Part shown: positions 49,391 through 61,369 of the stretch, in pieces | Position numbering within the stretch: the stretch's first letter is position 1 | Layout of the letters: each line of letters begins with the position of its first letter | Source of the DNA: Azolla caroliniana | Lineage: Eukaryota; Plantae; Polypodiophyta | Reading direction: 5' to 3' | DNA: 64,000 nucleotides | NCBI GenBank assembly: GCA_043228905.1 | Contig: JBHGNT010000008.1 | Span: 17,360,001 to 17,424,000 of the forward strand | Program-made: the position numbers and the translations under genes | The notes under the pieces: generated by a model | What the model was told of the DNA's origin: nothing | Database searches by the model: none | Seen by the model: the letters and a program-made list of their open reading frames with translations, nothing else

Positions 49391-52300
49391 TACATAATAA
49401 ATATTTTTAATATTTTATTTTAATTATTATACGTACTTTAAATCGGATATAGTATTTTACATATTTCACGTAGTTTGTGATTCACACTACGACACTCGCC
49501 CCCTCCGAACCCCGCACATCCTCCGGTATGTGCCAAAGTTCCCGATGCTTGCTATTCACCTTCATCCGAAGCTCTCTCCGATTCTCCCCTTAAGTCACTA
49601 TGAGTTGTAATCCACTTTTTTTGCTTTCCGCATCACCTCGATCTTCGTCTGATTGCTCCTCCTTGTCGGTCTTGTCTAGGATCACATAGGGTTCTTCATC
49701 AATCCGCTTTTTGAAAATCTTCACCCGTTTCCCGGCTATAGGCACTCGTAGCATCGTTCCATCCAACTCGCATAGTCGATAAGTTCTCTTGTCGAAAACT
49801 TTCTGAACCTCGTATGGCCCGAACCACCTTTTCGCGAGCTTCCACATCGTTGTATGTTGATGATCCAAACTACTATTGTAGACAATCACCCAATCTCCTT
49901 CTTCAATCTTTCGCAATCGTAGTCGGTGCTTTGTGTCGAACTGGTTTTTATTCCAGAATCGCGCTTCTTGTTGTCGGCGTATTGCTTCTGCTATGTCTTC
50001 TGGTCTTCCCTCTAGTTGTCATATCCGGACCGCTAGTAGTTCTTCCTGGCTCATCTCTTCCTTCTACGGTAGCACTGTCCATGTCGCGATTGCGGTTTCT
50101 GTTGGCATTACCGGTGCTTGTCCGGTCATGAGTTATGCCCGCATGTAACCGGTTACAGAGCTATGCGTCGTCCGATCGGCCCATAGTGCATACGGAAGCA
50201 TCTGTGGCCAATCCTTCACCCTTCCATCGCATGCCTTCGCAAGTGCTTTGACGATTGGACTATGTCCTCGTTCGATATTCTCGTTGGCTTCCGGATTGTA
50301 TGCCAATATCAGTGTTAACAGAACTCCATGTTTGGCGAAGAATCCCCTAACTTTGTCAGAGTCAAGTTCTCCACGATCCGCAATCACTTGTCCTACGCAC
50401 TCATACCTGCAAAACACCTCCTCCAAAAGAAATTGGCATACCGCAGAACACGTTTTCCTTGGTAGTGCTCGACTTTCTACTTGGTTTGTGAGATCTTCCC
50501 AAGCTAACACCAAGTACTTCTTTTGTCCGATCCCAGTTGGCATGGCTACAATGTCGACCATCCACTTGAAGTTGATTGTCGGTGAAAATGTCAGATGTAA
50601 TTCATCTCGGTGTCGAACCCCGGAGTAGACTTGACACTTCTCGCAGCTTCCCGTGAACTCCGCTACATCTTTGTACATATTCTTCCACCAATATTTTTGT
50701 TTGATTCTCACAAACGTTGCCCATGTTCCTTGATGTCCAGCCCAATCGGATTCATGAAAGTCAGATATTATCCGGTTTCATTGCTCTTTCGTCCCGACTA
50801 CCCGAAGTGGTATGCCATCCGGTCTTTTCGGCTCCCTCCATATTAATCCATTTTTCAAGAAGAACTTTCGGACTTGTCGCTTCTTACTTCAGATCTCGAC
50901 TCTCTTTTCTTTATCGTTCGTTGACACCTCGATCTCTTGTAGCATCTTCCCGATCATCAAGCTTTCTCCCTCGTATTCTTCTTCTCGGAATTCTCGGATT
51001 ACGTTTACTCGGCATATGTGCTCCGAAGCAAAGTAGTCTTCAAAAACTTCTTCATTATCGGATTCGGCTATGTTGTCTCCGAACTGAGCCCTTGATAGCA
51101 TATCCGCTACCGCGTTGTCTTTTCCGGTGATGTGTCGTACGTCCGGGTTAAGCGACTTAACATCTGCAATCCATCTTAGCATAGCCACATCCAGTATCGT
51201 GCGACACCGCATCATCCCGAGTATCGGAAGACAATCCGTTTCGATCACTACTTCGGTTCCGATCAAATAATCTCGATCCGATTTGATTGCCGACATGACT
51301 CCCCATAATTCTCTTTTGACTTGTGCATACCCGCGTTGCCTTTCGTTGAGAACCTTTGCTCCGAATCAGATCGGATATCGCGAACCATCCGGATCAGCTT
51401 GATTATTGACCCATCTGATTCCGATTGGACTTGTGTCAATCATTACTATGATCGGTCGGTCATAGTTCAACTTCTTTAGTGCTTTTTCCCTCCATAGTGA
51501 TTTCTTGAGCTTCTTCACGGCTTTGGTATGCTCTAGTTTCCATTCGAACTTCTTACCCTTCCGCAACCAGTGACAAAGTGGGTCCGCAATATGTGCATAG
51601 TGCGGAATCCATATGTAGTAGAATGCACATGCTCAGAGAAACCTTCGGACTTTGGATTGTGACTCGCATATTTCTTTCATAGCTTGAATCGCATCGATCT
51701 TGGTCAGTGACGGTATTCAGCCGTAGGGCCCACATAGATGTCTGACTACCAACATCTCTTCTTGCCCGAATGCCGATTTCTCCCCGGAAAGAGTTAGGTG
51801 CACATCTTCTAACTTTCGAAGCACTTTCTCACAATCGCGAATATGGTCGACAACAAACTTTCGGCATCCTCGATCATCCATAGTTTCATCTTTTTCTTCT
51901 ACAGCACATCCTTTCATCGGAATGTCATCTAGGAACGGCATCGTTATCTCTGGAATGCAATCTCGAAGCACCTTGTTCATCGCGTTCATCATATGTGTAA
52001 CCAAGTTTGTCGCTCCTTGTGGTAGTGTGCACATTCGGACTAACCCTATCGGTGTCTGCATGGTAGTGATATCTCGACTCTCCACTGGTAATTGGAATTG
52101 GTCATACGCCGGAGTATAGGTCTCCGATGGAGTATATCGCACGTCCGGCAAAAGCTTCCGCAAATTCGTCCACTATCGGACCGACTCCCGAGTTCCGAAT
52201 CGTGACCTTATTCACCGGTTGCAAGTCTTGGATAAATCGGAGTGATCCATTCTTCTTCAGAACCGTAAACCATCGATTCGAGTATGGAGCGTTTGATGGC

Positions 52301-53209
52301 TCTAGAATCCCCATCGCCACCTTCTCCTTGAGCAAGTCGATGACTTTCAAAATATGTGCCCATGGCACTGGAATCGGCTTCAGGTTCCACGGCACATGGT
52401 CAATCGTGAAGATCACCATCGACTCCACTATATTCGGATCAATGCATCCTATCTCCCTTGATGTGAATGCAAATGCTTTGCCATGTTGCTCCAACATCTC
52501 ACGAAACCATTCTTCTTCTTTTTGTTAGAGGAAACCACCTCCACCGATCCGAAGTTTCTTCCGGGTCTCATCTGTGAAGACATGTCCGATATCCACGGAC
52601 TTCCGAAGTGTCGGATCTCCCGAGACTTCTTTCCTCTTTTGTTTGCTATCGGTGGGTAGTGGTCCCGCGGCCAGTTTCACCTTCTTCTCCACGGTCTTGT
52701 ATTTCGTACTTACCATTGCATCTTCTTTGCGGAGCGCATCTGGCCCCATTTTCGCAATGATCTCGGACATCTCGACCGATTCCGCCGGAACTACTTGGTT
52801 TCCCTGGCTTGTATCTTCCGTGAGCTCTTCAAGCCGTTGTAGTGTGCTCCCATAGAACACTTCTTCGACTATTCCCATGATTTCTTCGTCTTCTTTTATT
52901 ATTGATGCCGATTGTAACTTATCCTCCACTTTTCGGTATTCTTTCTTCATTCCTCCAGTTACGGCCGTGTACGTGGATGCCCCATACGGACCGATTCGTA
53001 CTTGTTTTGCTCCAAGAGTTTTCATCCTGTGTGGGGTATCAGGGCTTCTCGGACTATCACTTCCCCACTCCGCAACAGTCCGCTCTAAAAATCCATTCTT
53101 GTTTAGGACAAGAGCTCTCTCTTGTTCCTTTCATGATTTGCCGGCACTGTTAGGAATTGGACTGATTTCCCTCCGTTTTGGCTCCGAATTCATGCAAAAG
53201 CCGCACCAC

Positions 53210-55323
53210 TGTCGCGAAGTTTCGCGTGCGTGTGTTACTTGGGTGGGACCACGGGGGTCTTGGACTAGGGAGTACTCAAGGGATAAATAATTATTTATTT
53301 ATTTATTTTAAATCTTATAAATATAAAGCACTCTTCGAACCCACTCTACGAATCTTCACTCTACGAATCCTTACTCTACGAATCTTCACTCTACGAATCT
53401 TTACACTCTACGAATCCTCACTCTACGAATCCTCACTCTACGAATCTTCACTCTACAAATCCTCACTCTACAAATCTTCACTCTATGAATTCTCACTCTA
53501 CGAATCGAATCTTCACTCTACAAATCTTCACTCTATGAATCGAATCTTCACTCTACGAATCTTTACACTCTATGAATCCTCACTCTACGAATCCTCACTC
53601 TACGAATCTTCACTCTACAAATCCTCACTCTACGAATCTTCACTCTACAAATCCTCACTCTACAAATCTTCACTCTATGAATTCTCACTCTACGAATCGA
53701 ATCTTCACTCTACAAATCTTCACTCTATGAATCGAATCTTCACTCTATGAATCGAATCTTCACTCTACGAATCTTCACTCTACAAATCTGCACTCTACGA
53801 ATCTTCACTCTACGAATCTTCACTCTACAAATCCTTACTCTACGAATCTTCACTCTACGAATCTTTACACTCTACAAATCCTCACTCTACGAATCCTCAC
53901 TCTACGAATCTTCACTCTACAAATCCTCACTCTACAAATCCTCACTCTATGAATCCTCACTCTACGAAGCCTCACTCTGCGAATCATCCTCACTCTACGA
54001 AGCCTCACTCTACGAATCTTCACTCTACGAGTCTTCACTCTATGAATTCTCACTCTACGAATCCTCACTCTACGAATCTTTACTCTAAGAATCTTCACTC
54101 TATGAATCCTCACTCTACGAATCTTCACTCTACGAATCCTCACTCGACGAATCTTCACTCTACGAACTCTCTCTACGAATCCTCTCTGCGAATCTTCACT
54201 CTACGAACTCTCTCAACGAATCCTCTTTGCGAACCCAATCTACGAATCCTCTCTTCGAACACTCTACGAATCTTCACTCTACGAATCCTCACTCTACGAA
54301 GCCTCACTCTGCGAATCATCCTCACTCTACGAAGCCTCACTCTACGAATCTTCACTCTACGAGTCTTCACTCTATGAATTCTCACTCTACGAATCCTCAC
54401 TCTACGAATCTTTACTCTAAGAATCTTCACTCTATGAATCCTCACTCTACGAATCTTCACTCTACGAATCCTCACTCGACGAATCTTCACTCTACGAACT
54501 CTCTCTACGAATCCTCTCTGCGAATCTTCACTCTACGAACTCTCTCAACGAATCCTCTTTGCGAACCCAATCTACGAATCCTCTCTTCGAACACTCTACG
54601 AATCTTCACTCTACGAATCCTCACTCTACGAATCTTCATTCTACGAACTCTCTCTATGAACTCTCTCTACGAATCCTGTCTGTGAACCCACTCTATGAAC
54701 TCTCTCTACGAACTTTCTCACGAACGGGGCGGACCAACGTCGAACCAATGAAGCTTGGGCTCACGAGAACTTCGAGTGCCAACGCGAAGAAGACGAGCAC
54801 GTGGCGATGGGGGGATGAAGGGGTATGAGATGAAGAGAAGTGGTGAATAAGAAGATGAAGAGCTCTGAAGAAAAATTGGCGATAGTCTCCTCCCCAAAAC
54901 GTCCTCCCGAATGAGCCCCCCTCGACCTCCTTTTATAGGAAAAAAAGAAAGGGGGGTCGCCAATTTTGTATTCAATGAAAAAGAATAAAACTCCTTAAAT
55001 CACGTTACACTGTAAGACTAGATTTGAACCATGCACCTCTAGCTAGTAGTCAATGTGACTACCCACTAGCCCACTAACTCTCTCATATGCAATATATAAT
55101 TCTATCTCTATAAATTCTTAGCCTGTCTCTCCTCTACATTTTATCTCTCTTCTCTCTTACATTTTGCACGGGCTTCTATGCATCCTTTCCCCGCTTTCTT
55201 TTCCCTTTTATTTTGCATATGCACAACTAATCGCTTTTGTGTGCACACACATTGCACATGCACATTTTTTACCCCCCCCCTTTCGCCGGTTTTTCCCACT
55301 CTCGAGCACGCCACATCACGACA
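53210..55323. mobile_element. 2.1-kb solo LTR-like insertion carrying a tandem array and a tRNA-like module
   Basis: TGTCGCGA...TCACGACA termini, 4-bp TSD CCAC/CCTC; removing it restores the host protease-region frame (VLDSGA); A/B boxes on the minus strand at ~55013-55073. Confidence 0.82.
53335..54715. repeat. ~1.4-kb minisatellite, 15-bp unit CACTCTACGAATC(T/C)T, with a 332-bp higher-order duplication
   Basis: Directly visible; diagnostic variants recur 332 bp apart (GAATCATCC at 53981 and 54313; GAACCCAA at 54231 and 54563). Confidence 0.95.
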
Positions 55324-57796
55324 CCTCTATCGAGCACCTTCATCTCCATCTATGAAGCAATGATAAAGGGTTTCCCGAGGATCACGGAGTGTGAGACCTC
55401 GTCTTGTACAAAGAAATTTTGGTCGATCTCGATATCCCCAATCTTCACCGTCACATCCGGACAAGCCACAAATAGATCCTCCGTTGCTTTAGTGGCCGCC
55501 TGGATCTTCCATCCATGATTGGTGTTAATAGGCCACTTCCCCTTCCGGTAGAACTCCTTAGACATCAAATTGATCTACGATCCGTGATCACTAAATGCTA
55601 GCACAAGCTTTTTGATGTTGCTGATTCGGACCGAAGACTCGGTAGTTGCACGTGCCCAATGTGGTTTTGTATAGTGGGAATTCAGAATCTCGTCCTCCAC
55701 TTCGGTGTCGTTCATCAAAACGGTATTCGCATTCACCATCAGCGCATTTTCCTCCGTAGTTTGTCTTTTTCTTTTCACGAGATCCACAAGAAGATCATGG
55801 AACTCCTTTTTTGCTATTCCGAGTAGTTCCCGAAGCGAATAATCTACCCGACTATCGAGGATTCTCTCCTCCTTTTTTGCTCGATGTCCGAAGCGAGTTT
55901 GAATGTCGGAATCGTTTTTCCTTTTCCTCTTCCGTTGGAATTCTAACTCTCTGGTGTCTTCGATGGTTCGGCCGCATCCTCCGTGCGTCGTCGCTTCTCG
56001 TCCACATACACCTCATGTAATTGACATAGGGTGTATACGCTATTCTTATCGACGGGGCACTCCCATCCCGTAGCTTCCCGGATGCCTTCCATGGTGCTTC
56101 GGATCTCGTTGGAGTCGGTTTTCTCGGTTTTTTCTAGCACTCCTGGCCTAAAAGACACCTTTACTCCCGATGACTCCCGACACGTATTCCCGCGGTTGTC
56201 GCGTAATTGCTCTTCGCCGCTATTTCCTCCTCTAGAACCTTCTTCATGCCGCCTTTTCGGAAGTTCAGTCGGAGCGGCTTCTGAGAGTCCATCGAATGAA
56301 TCCGATTTCCCTCGTAGTAGATAAGATCCCATCGTAGCGCTTCCTTGTGCTTGTCGCAATCCCTTCAATCATGTTCGGTGCTATCGCACCATATGCACCA
56401 ACGGTCCATATACTTGGAACTTGTGGGACGGTCATCCGACTTCTTCACCATCGCGATTTTTAGATTCTCCATCTCCTTCAGCAACTGCTCCACTGTAGTT
56501 GCGTCAATTCCCTTCTCGGTCGTAGCTTCCCGAGCCCGCGATTGATGATCTTCTGATCCGGATCTCGGTTTCGGAATCGGTTCTGAAACCCTCTTTTCTT
56601 CGTTGGTAAGCTATTGCCCCCTCTTTGTGTATCGCGCGACGATATCCCGACGCTTTCCCATGTTTCAGTGAGGCCACTCTCGGTAGTCATGTCCTCTAGA
56701 AGCCCTCCAAGATCCTTCCGGTACCGGACGTCTACAACTTGTAAGAACATGATAACTTTGTCCGGTGCGAGGATAGCTTGATCTCTCGCAGACAACCTCC
56801 CGAACCCACTTTCGAATGCCGAAAACACATCGAGGACCTTCATCCCCTTGTCCGGCATTTCCACCCAATTCTCGAATCCTCTCCGCGTTGCCTTGGAGGA
56901 ATCCTCGATACCGAACGTGGTGTTTAGCGCCTCTTCAAACACTTCCCACATCAGATTTTGTTGTCATAGCCCGTGGATACTTGCTTGAAGCCCGTCGGTG
57001 GCCACCCGGTTGAAGGATGTCACTTGCAGTCCTTCCGAAATCCCGCAACGTAGCATTTTCGCCTTGTAGTCCCGAAGATAGCGTGATATGTCCTTTCCAT
57101 TGAATTGCCCGATCCGTTGCACGAGCCGCTCTACTGCCGCCGCTATCTCCGACATTGCACGTTGTTCTTGAAGCATCCACTCGAACATCATCATGATGTT
57201 GTTAGAGTCCAGTTGATTTTCCATCTCCTTGCCACCCATGTTCACGTCGAGTTCACCAAATGTGTCGTGCCTTTCGGCTCCTGATCGTTTCGTGAGTCGG
57301 GCGGGAACCACTAAGGTTTTGGACTAGGAGAAAAGAAAATTCTAAGGCAATTAAGAATATGAAATATATTGTAAGAAAGAAAGATATGAAAAACTCGTGG
57401 ATCCCACGAGTATAGTGTATTAGTGAGTACTCAGATTAAGAGAGAAAAATAGTTAGCAAATTCGTGAATCCCACAAATATATTATATTAATCAACCCTTG
57501 TAAAAAAATCAACAACCTTATACATATATCCCTCCTCCTTATATAAGGATGGAAGAGGCTAAGCATGGCTTCCTGCTTTCCCTAAAAGTGTTCATGCACA
57601 CTAAATGTGCATGTGATGCCTTTTTTTTAACCTTGCTTTTATTTGCTATAGTGCTCATGCACGCTAGATGTGCATGAGTAATATTTTATTGGTTTACATT
57701 TTTCTTATAAATAAAGTATTCACGTACTATAAAAATGCATGACTTACCTTTTTAATAAAGGTAGGCGTAAATAAAGGTCTTATAGGTATTAAATCT

Positions 57797-59744
57797 TCAC
57801 CGTTGATCCACCATTCCGCACTCCTTGTTCCGACCGTAAGGTCCATAACCCTACAATAGCTATTTCTTCTATGGAGGCCCATGTATCGGGGATAGGCACC
57901 CACATCGAGTGAGCATCGTCGTCGACCACCGAGCCCTCGTTTGTGATGAGTGCCCCCGCAAAACGTTACGTGGCATTTGCGAATGGTGTCATCGACTTTC
58001 TTCTTCTTCTTCTTCTCTCTTCTCGACATCCCCCTCGTACACATCGCTCCCCGTCATCCCTCGTATACACCCCTCTTTTGTAACACACAAGACTACATAT
58101 TGTAGCCATGAAATCTTTACTTAAGCTTTAATTTTTTGTTTTTCGGTAAGACATGCTCAGGACTAATTTTTTTTTTTAGTAGCCAACATTTTTGTACTTT
58201 TCAAAACTCTAGCCTCCCCTCACTTTCCTAAACTGCACCCCCCCTCATTTTTCCCTAATTACCACTGTACCCCTCTCTCTACTTTTCAAAATTACAAGCC
58301 TACCCTTCCCCTCACTTTTCCCTAATTACCACCCTACCCTTCCCCTCATTTTCCCCTAATTTCCACCGTACCCCTCCCATTACCCTTTAGTTTAATACCC
58401 TCCTACCTTTCCCCTCATTTTTCCCTAATTTCCACCTTACCCTCACTTTTGAAAATACCCTCCCCTACTTTTTATATTTTCACCTCTAGCCCTCCCCTCA
58501 TCTAAACCTATACTTTATCCCTATCCCTACCCCTCATCTCTCTTAAAACTCTACCTTCCCCTTCTCCCTTCCTTTTTAACCCATACCTTCCCCTCTCTCT
58601 TACTTTTTAACCCCACATGTGTGCCCACATCACCATTCCCTTTTCCCTAGCTTATAAGAACTTTACCCCTCCTTCCTTAAAACATGCACATGCACGTGTG
58701 CACATATGCACATCTCTTCCCCCTCTCTGTCACTTCTCCCTACACTCTTTCCCATACCCTCTCACTCCTTCCCTCTTACCATTCCTTTTTCCCTATCCTT
58801 AAAAAACCTTAAAACTTACATCCCACTATCTTTTTCTCCCTTAAATGTGCACATATGCACATAGCACACCCCTGCCCCCCACTCCCAACTTTGATCCCAC
58901 ACCCTCACTATACCCTCTCCTAAAATCCTATATAAACCCCCTCCCTGACCCTCATGGTCTTATGTTGGCACTGATGAGCCCGTGATGGGCGAAACTAGTT
59001 TGCCATAAGACCATACCTCAAACCCCATGTAATTTTTCATTTATAATGTTAATTACATGTTTATTATTATGTTTCTCTCCCTCTCCCTCTCTCTTTTAAT
59101 CGTGTTTTAATTATGTTTCTCTTGTTTCTCTAGTTCGTAATAGCACCTCTCTCTTTCATTTTTATTAGTATGGTAATCCTCATCCCTCTCCGTAACCCTC
59201 GTTTTAAATTTTAATTATGTTTTTAGTCTCGTTTTTTAGTCTTAATCTTAGGTTTATTTATGTTTTAATCACACACACACTCTCTCTCTCTTTCGTTTTA
59301 ATCTTAGGTTTATTTATGTTTTAATCTCTCTCTCTCTCTCTTTAGTTTTAATCTTAGGTTTACTTATGTTTTAATCTCTCTCTCTCTTTCACTTTATTTT
59401 AATTAGTATGTTAATCCCCCTCCCTTTAACCCTATCTTTTAATTTCTTTCTAATTACCCCACCCTTTACTTTATTTTTAGGTCCATGTTTCTAGATTTAG
59501 ATTTATGTATGTTAGTTTTCGGGTTATGTTTTTTGTTTTAGTGTTTATGTTTTTAATCTTAGTGTTTAATTCCCCACCCCTCTTCCTTTTTGTTATTCCT
59601 AATCATGCCAGCTCCTTCTCCTTTCTTCTACCTCGTCTTCGATTCGGGTGCGCTCAAATCGACCGTGGTGTTCCTCTTCACCTACCTCTACCCGCCGATG
59701 ATCCACCATTCCGCACTCCTTGTTTTGATCGTAAGGTCCATAAC
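57797..59744 (+). mobile_element. Non-autonomous hammerhead-containing insertion (Penelope-like or retrozyme-like) within the Gypsy 5' LTR
   Basis: Absent from the partner LTR; 45-bp direct terminal redundancy (57805-57849 and 59700-59744); no TG..CA ends, poly(A) or clear TSD; contains TATA and a hammerhead. Confidence 0.72.
58954..59014 (+). ncRNA. Minimal type I hammerhead ribozyme
   Basis: Stem I UGGCA/UGCCA extended by AUGGUCUUA/UAAGACCAU; core CUGAUGA (58971-58977); stem II GCCC-GUGAU-GGGC; GAAA; palindromic stem III ACUAGU; GUU cleavage triplet ending at 59000. Confidence 0.88.
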
Positions 59745-59936
59745 TTTATAATACTAAGGATAAGTTAGTATAATGGTGAGGTTAGGGTTTGTCTACGTGG
59801 AGGTATAGGGTTCAAATCCTGCCCTATGCATGTAATAAATATTTTTAATATTTTATTTTATTTATTATACGTACTTTAAATCGGATATAGTATTTTACAT
59901 ATTTCACGTAGTGTGTGATTCACACTACGACATCGG

Positions 59937-60290
59937 TTCTATGAGATTCTTTACAGCTATGTTGAGGGCATGGAAGGACATTAGAGTGCCTATCCTATTT
60001 CAATTTCTCATGATAGAAGCCCAAATTTTATGGCAATCATTGTTATGGAATCCTTTGTTTATTGATAGTTGAGGCTGTGTTTTAGGAATTAGACCGTGTT
60101 TATCGTGGGGAAAAATGGACTCGGGACTAGCTACATTTGTGGCTACTTGGGAGTGGTTTCAACTGCTCTGAGAGGAGGACAAAAAACAAATCTTATCTTC
60201 ATTGCGTGGGAGTTGTTTGACGTTCGATCAAATTCAACAGGTTTTTCTGAATTGTCAAAGGCAAATTAATTTGGCTAATACTTTACATGG
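59937..60290 (+). mobile_element. Probable degenerate L1 ORF2 fragment, continuous with 48681-48765 across the Gypsy insertion
   Basis: Reading through the TCGG TSD gives MLRAWKDIR...QSLLWNPLF...LG.RP.LSW, resembling plant L1 post-RT regions. Confidence 0.45.
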
Positions 60291-60789
60291 TATGGTCTTT
60301 TCTCTCCTTTGGGTGTTTTAATAAGTTCCAAGGCATATGCTAATGAGGGTCAAATAAGATTTTATGAGGTTGGCGATGCTGGTCTATTATATTTAGTGGA
60401 TGAAAAAGTTGAAGTGATGCAATGAGCCTCCGAAAACCCCATTAGGGTTATTGCTTGGTTAATCAAGAAGATTTTCTTAGATTCAAGCCCTGTTTTGGCA
60501 AACCATGCAATACAATTATGGTTATTCCAAAGCAAGGCAAAAAATTTGATGAGTGTCATTCTCATTAAAGGTCATTTTGCCCGACAAAAAATATACACCA
60601 AATAAAAATGTCCATCAAGTGACATATAAAGTTTAAATTTTCATTTTCATGTGAAAGACCCATAAAAATTATACATGTCAAATGACTTGCTCAAATTTTA
60701 TATTCCATGTCATATATATTATATATATATATATATGTCACCTTTGTCCAACATGTCATTGATGCCTTAAACAATCGTTTCCCAAATGT

Positions 60790-61257
60790 CAACATTTTTC
60801 AATGTTGTCAAGTTGTTTAATCCATCTTTATATCTCATTGAGGAAAATGAAAGATAGAAAAAGACGAAGGAATGGTTGCACAAACTTATTAGGAATCTTA
60901 ATATCGAGAACCAAATTGTTGACCTGAAAAGATGCTTAAATGAACGCGACGATTTTGTTGGTATGCCTGTAAGAATTGCTAAAGGAAGAGGAATCCATAA
61001 TGCATGGGATATTTGTAGCAAAGCACAATCTTGGTGACAATTATTTCAGGGTTATGATGCAATTGTCGCAACTATGTATGACTATGCCTATTAGTACAAT
61101 TGTATGTGAAATGGGCTTTTCATCTCAAAATATCATAAAAAATGATATTAGAAATGGTTTATATTTGGAAACTTTAGATGCTTTGATGTTTATATCCTTA
61201 AATGCTCAAGAGACATCAAACATTTTATGGTGCGATATATTTAACCTTTGGTTTTAA
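60790..61257 (+). mobile_element. hAT transposase C-terminal dimerisation-domain remnant
   Basis: LCMTMPISTIVCEMGFSSQNIIKNDIRNGL..ETLDALMFISLN. Confidence 0.75.
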
Positions 61258-61369
61258 GAGAAAGAGAGAACGATGGTATCATTGACATAGACACATTGCA
61301 CAATGCTTAGTATGACGAGTAATGGTATGATAAGCATTTTTGTATGTTTTTGGGCTTTATGGAATATAT

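Larger units (their letters stand above)
48766..59932 (-). mobile_element. Degenerate full-length Gypsy element related to 35904-45992 (tRNA-Trp PBS)
   Basis: LTRs 48766-49494 and 57263-59932 (the latter interrupted); 4-bp TSD TCGG; PPT at ~49495-49513; gag-PR-RT-RH-IN fragments at 49590-57240. Confidence 0.93.

Noticed and set aside
53178-54685. ORFs encoding (YESSL)n, (RIFTL)n, (STNLH)n and Arg-rich (RRVKI)n peptides
   Set aside because: Translation artefacts of a 15-bp tandem array that is open in several frames
53335-54715. CRISPR-like array
   Set aside because: No unique spacers and no cas genes; eukaryotic minisatellite
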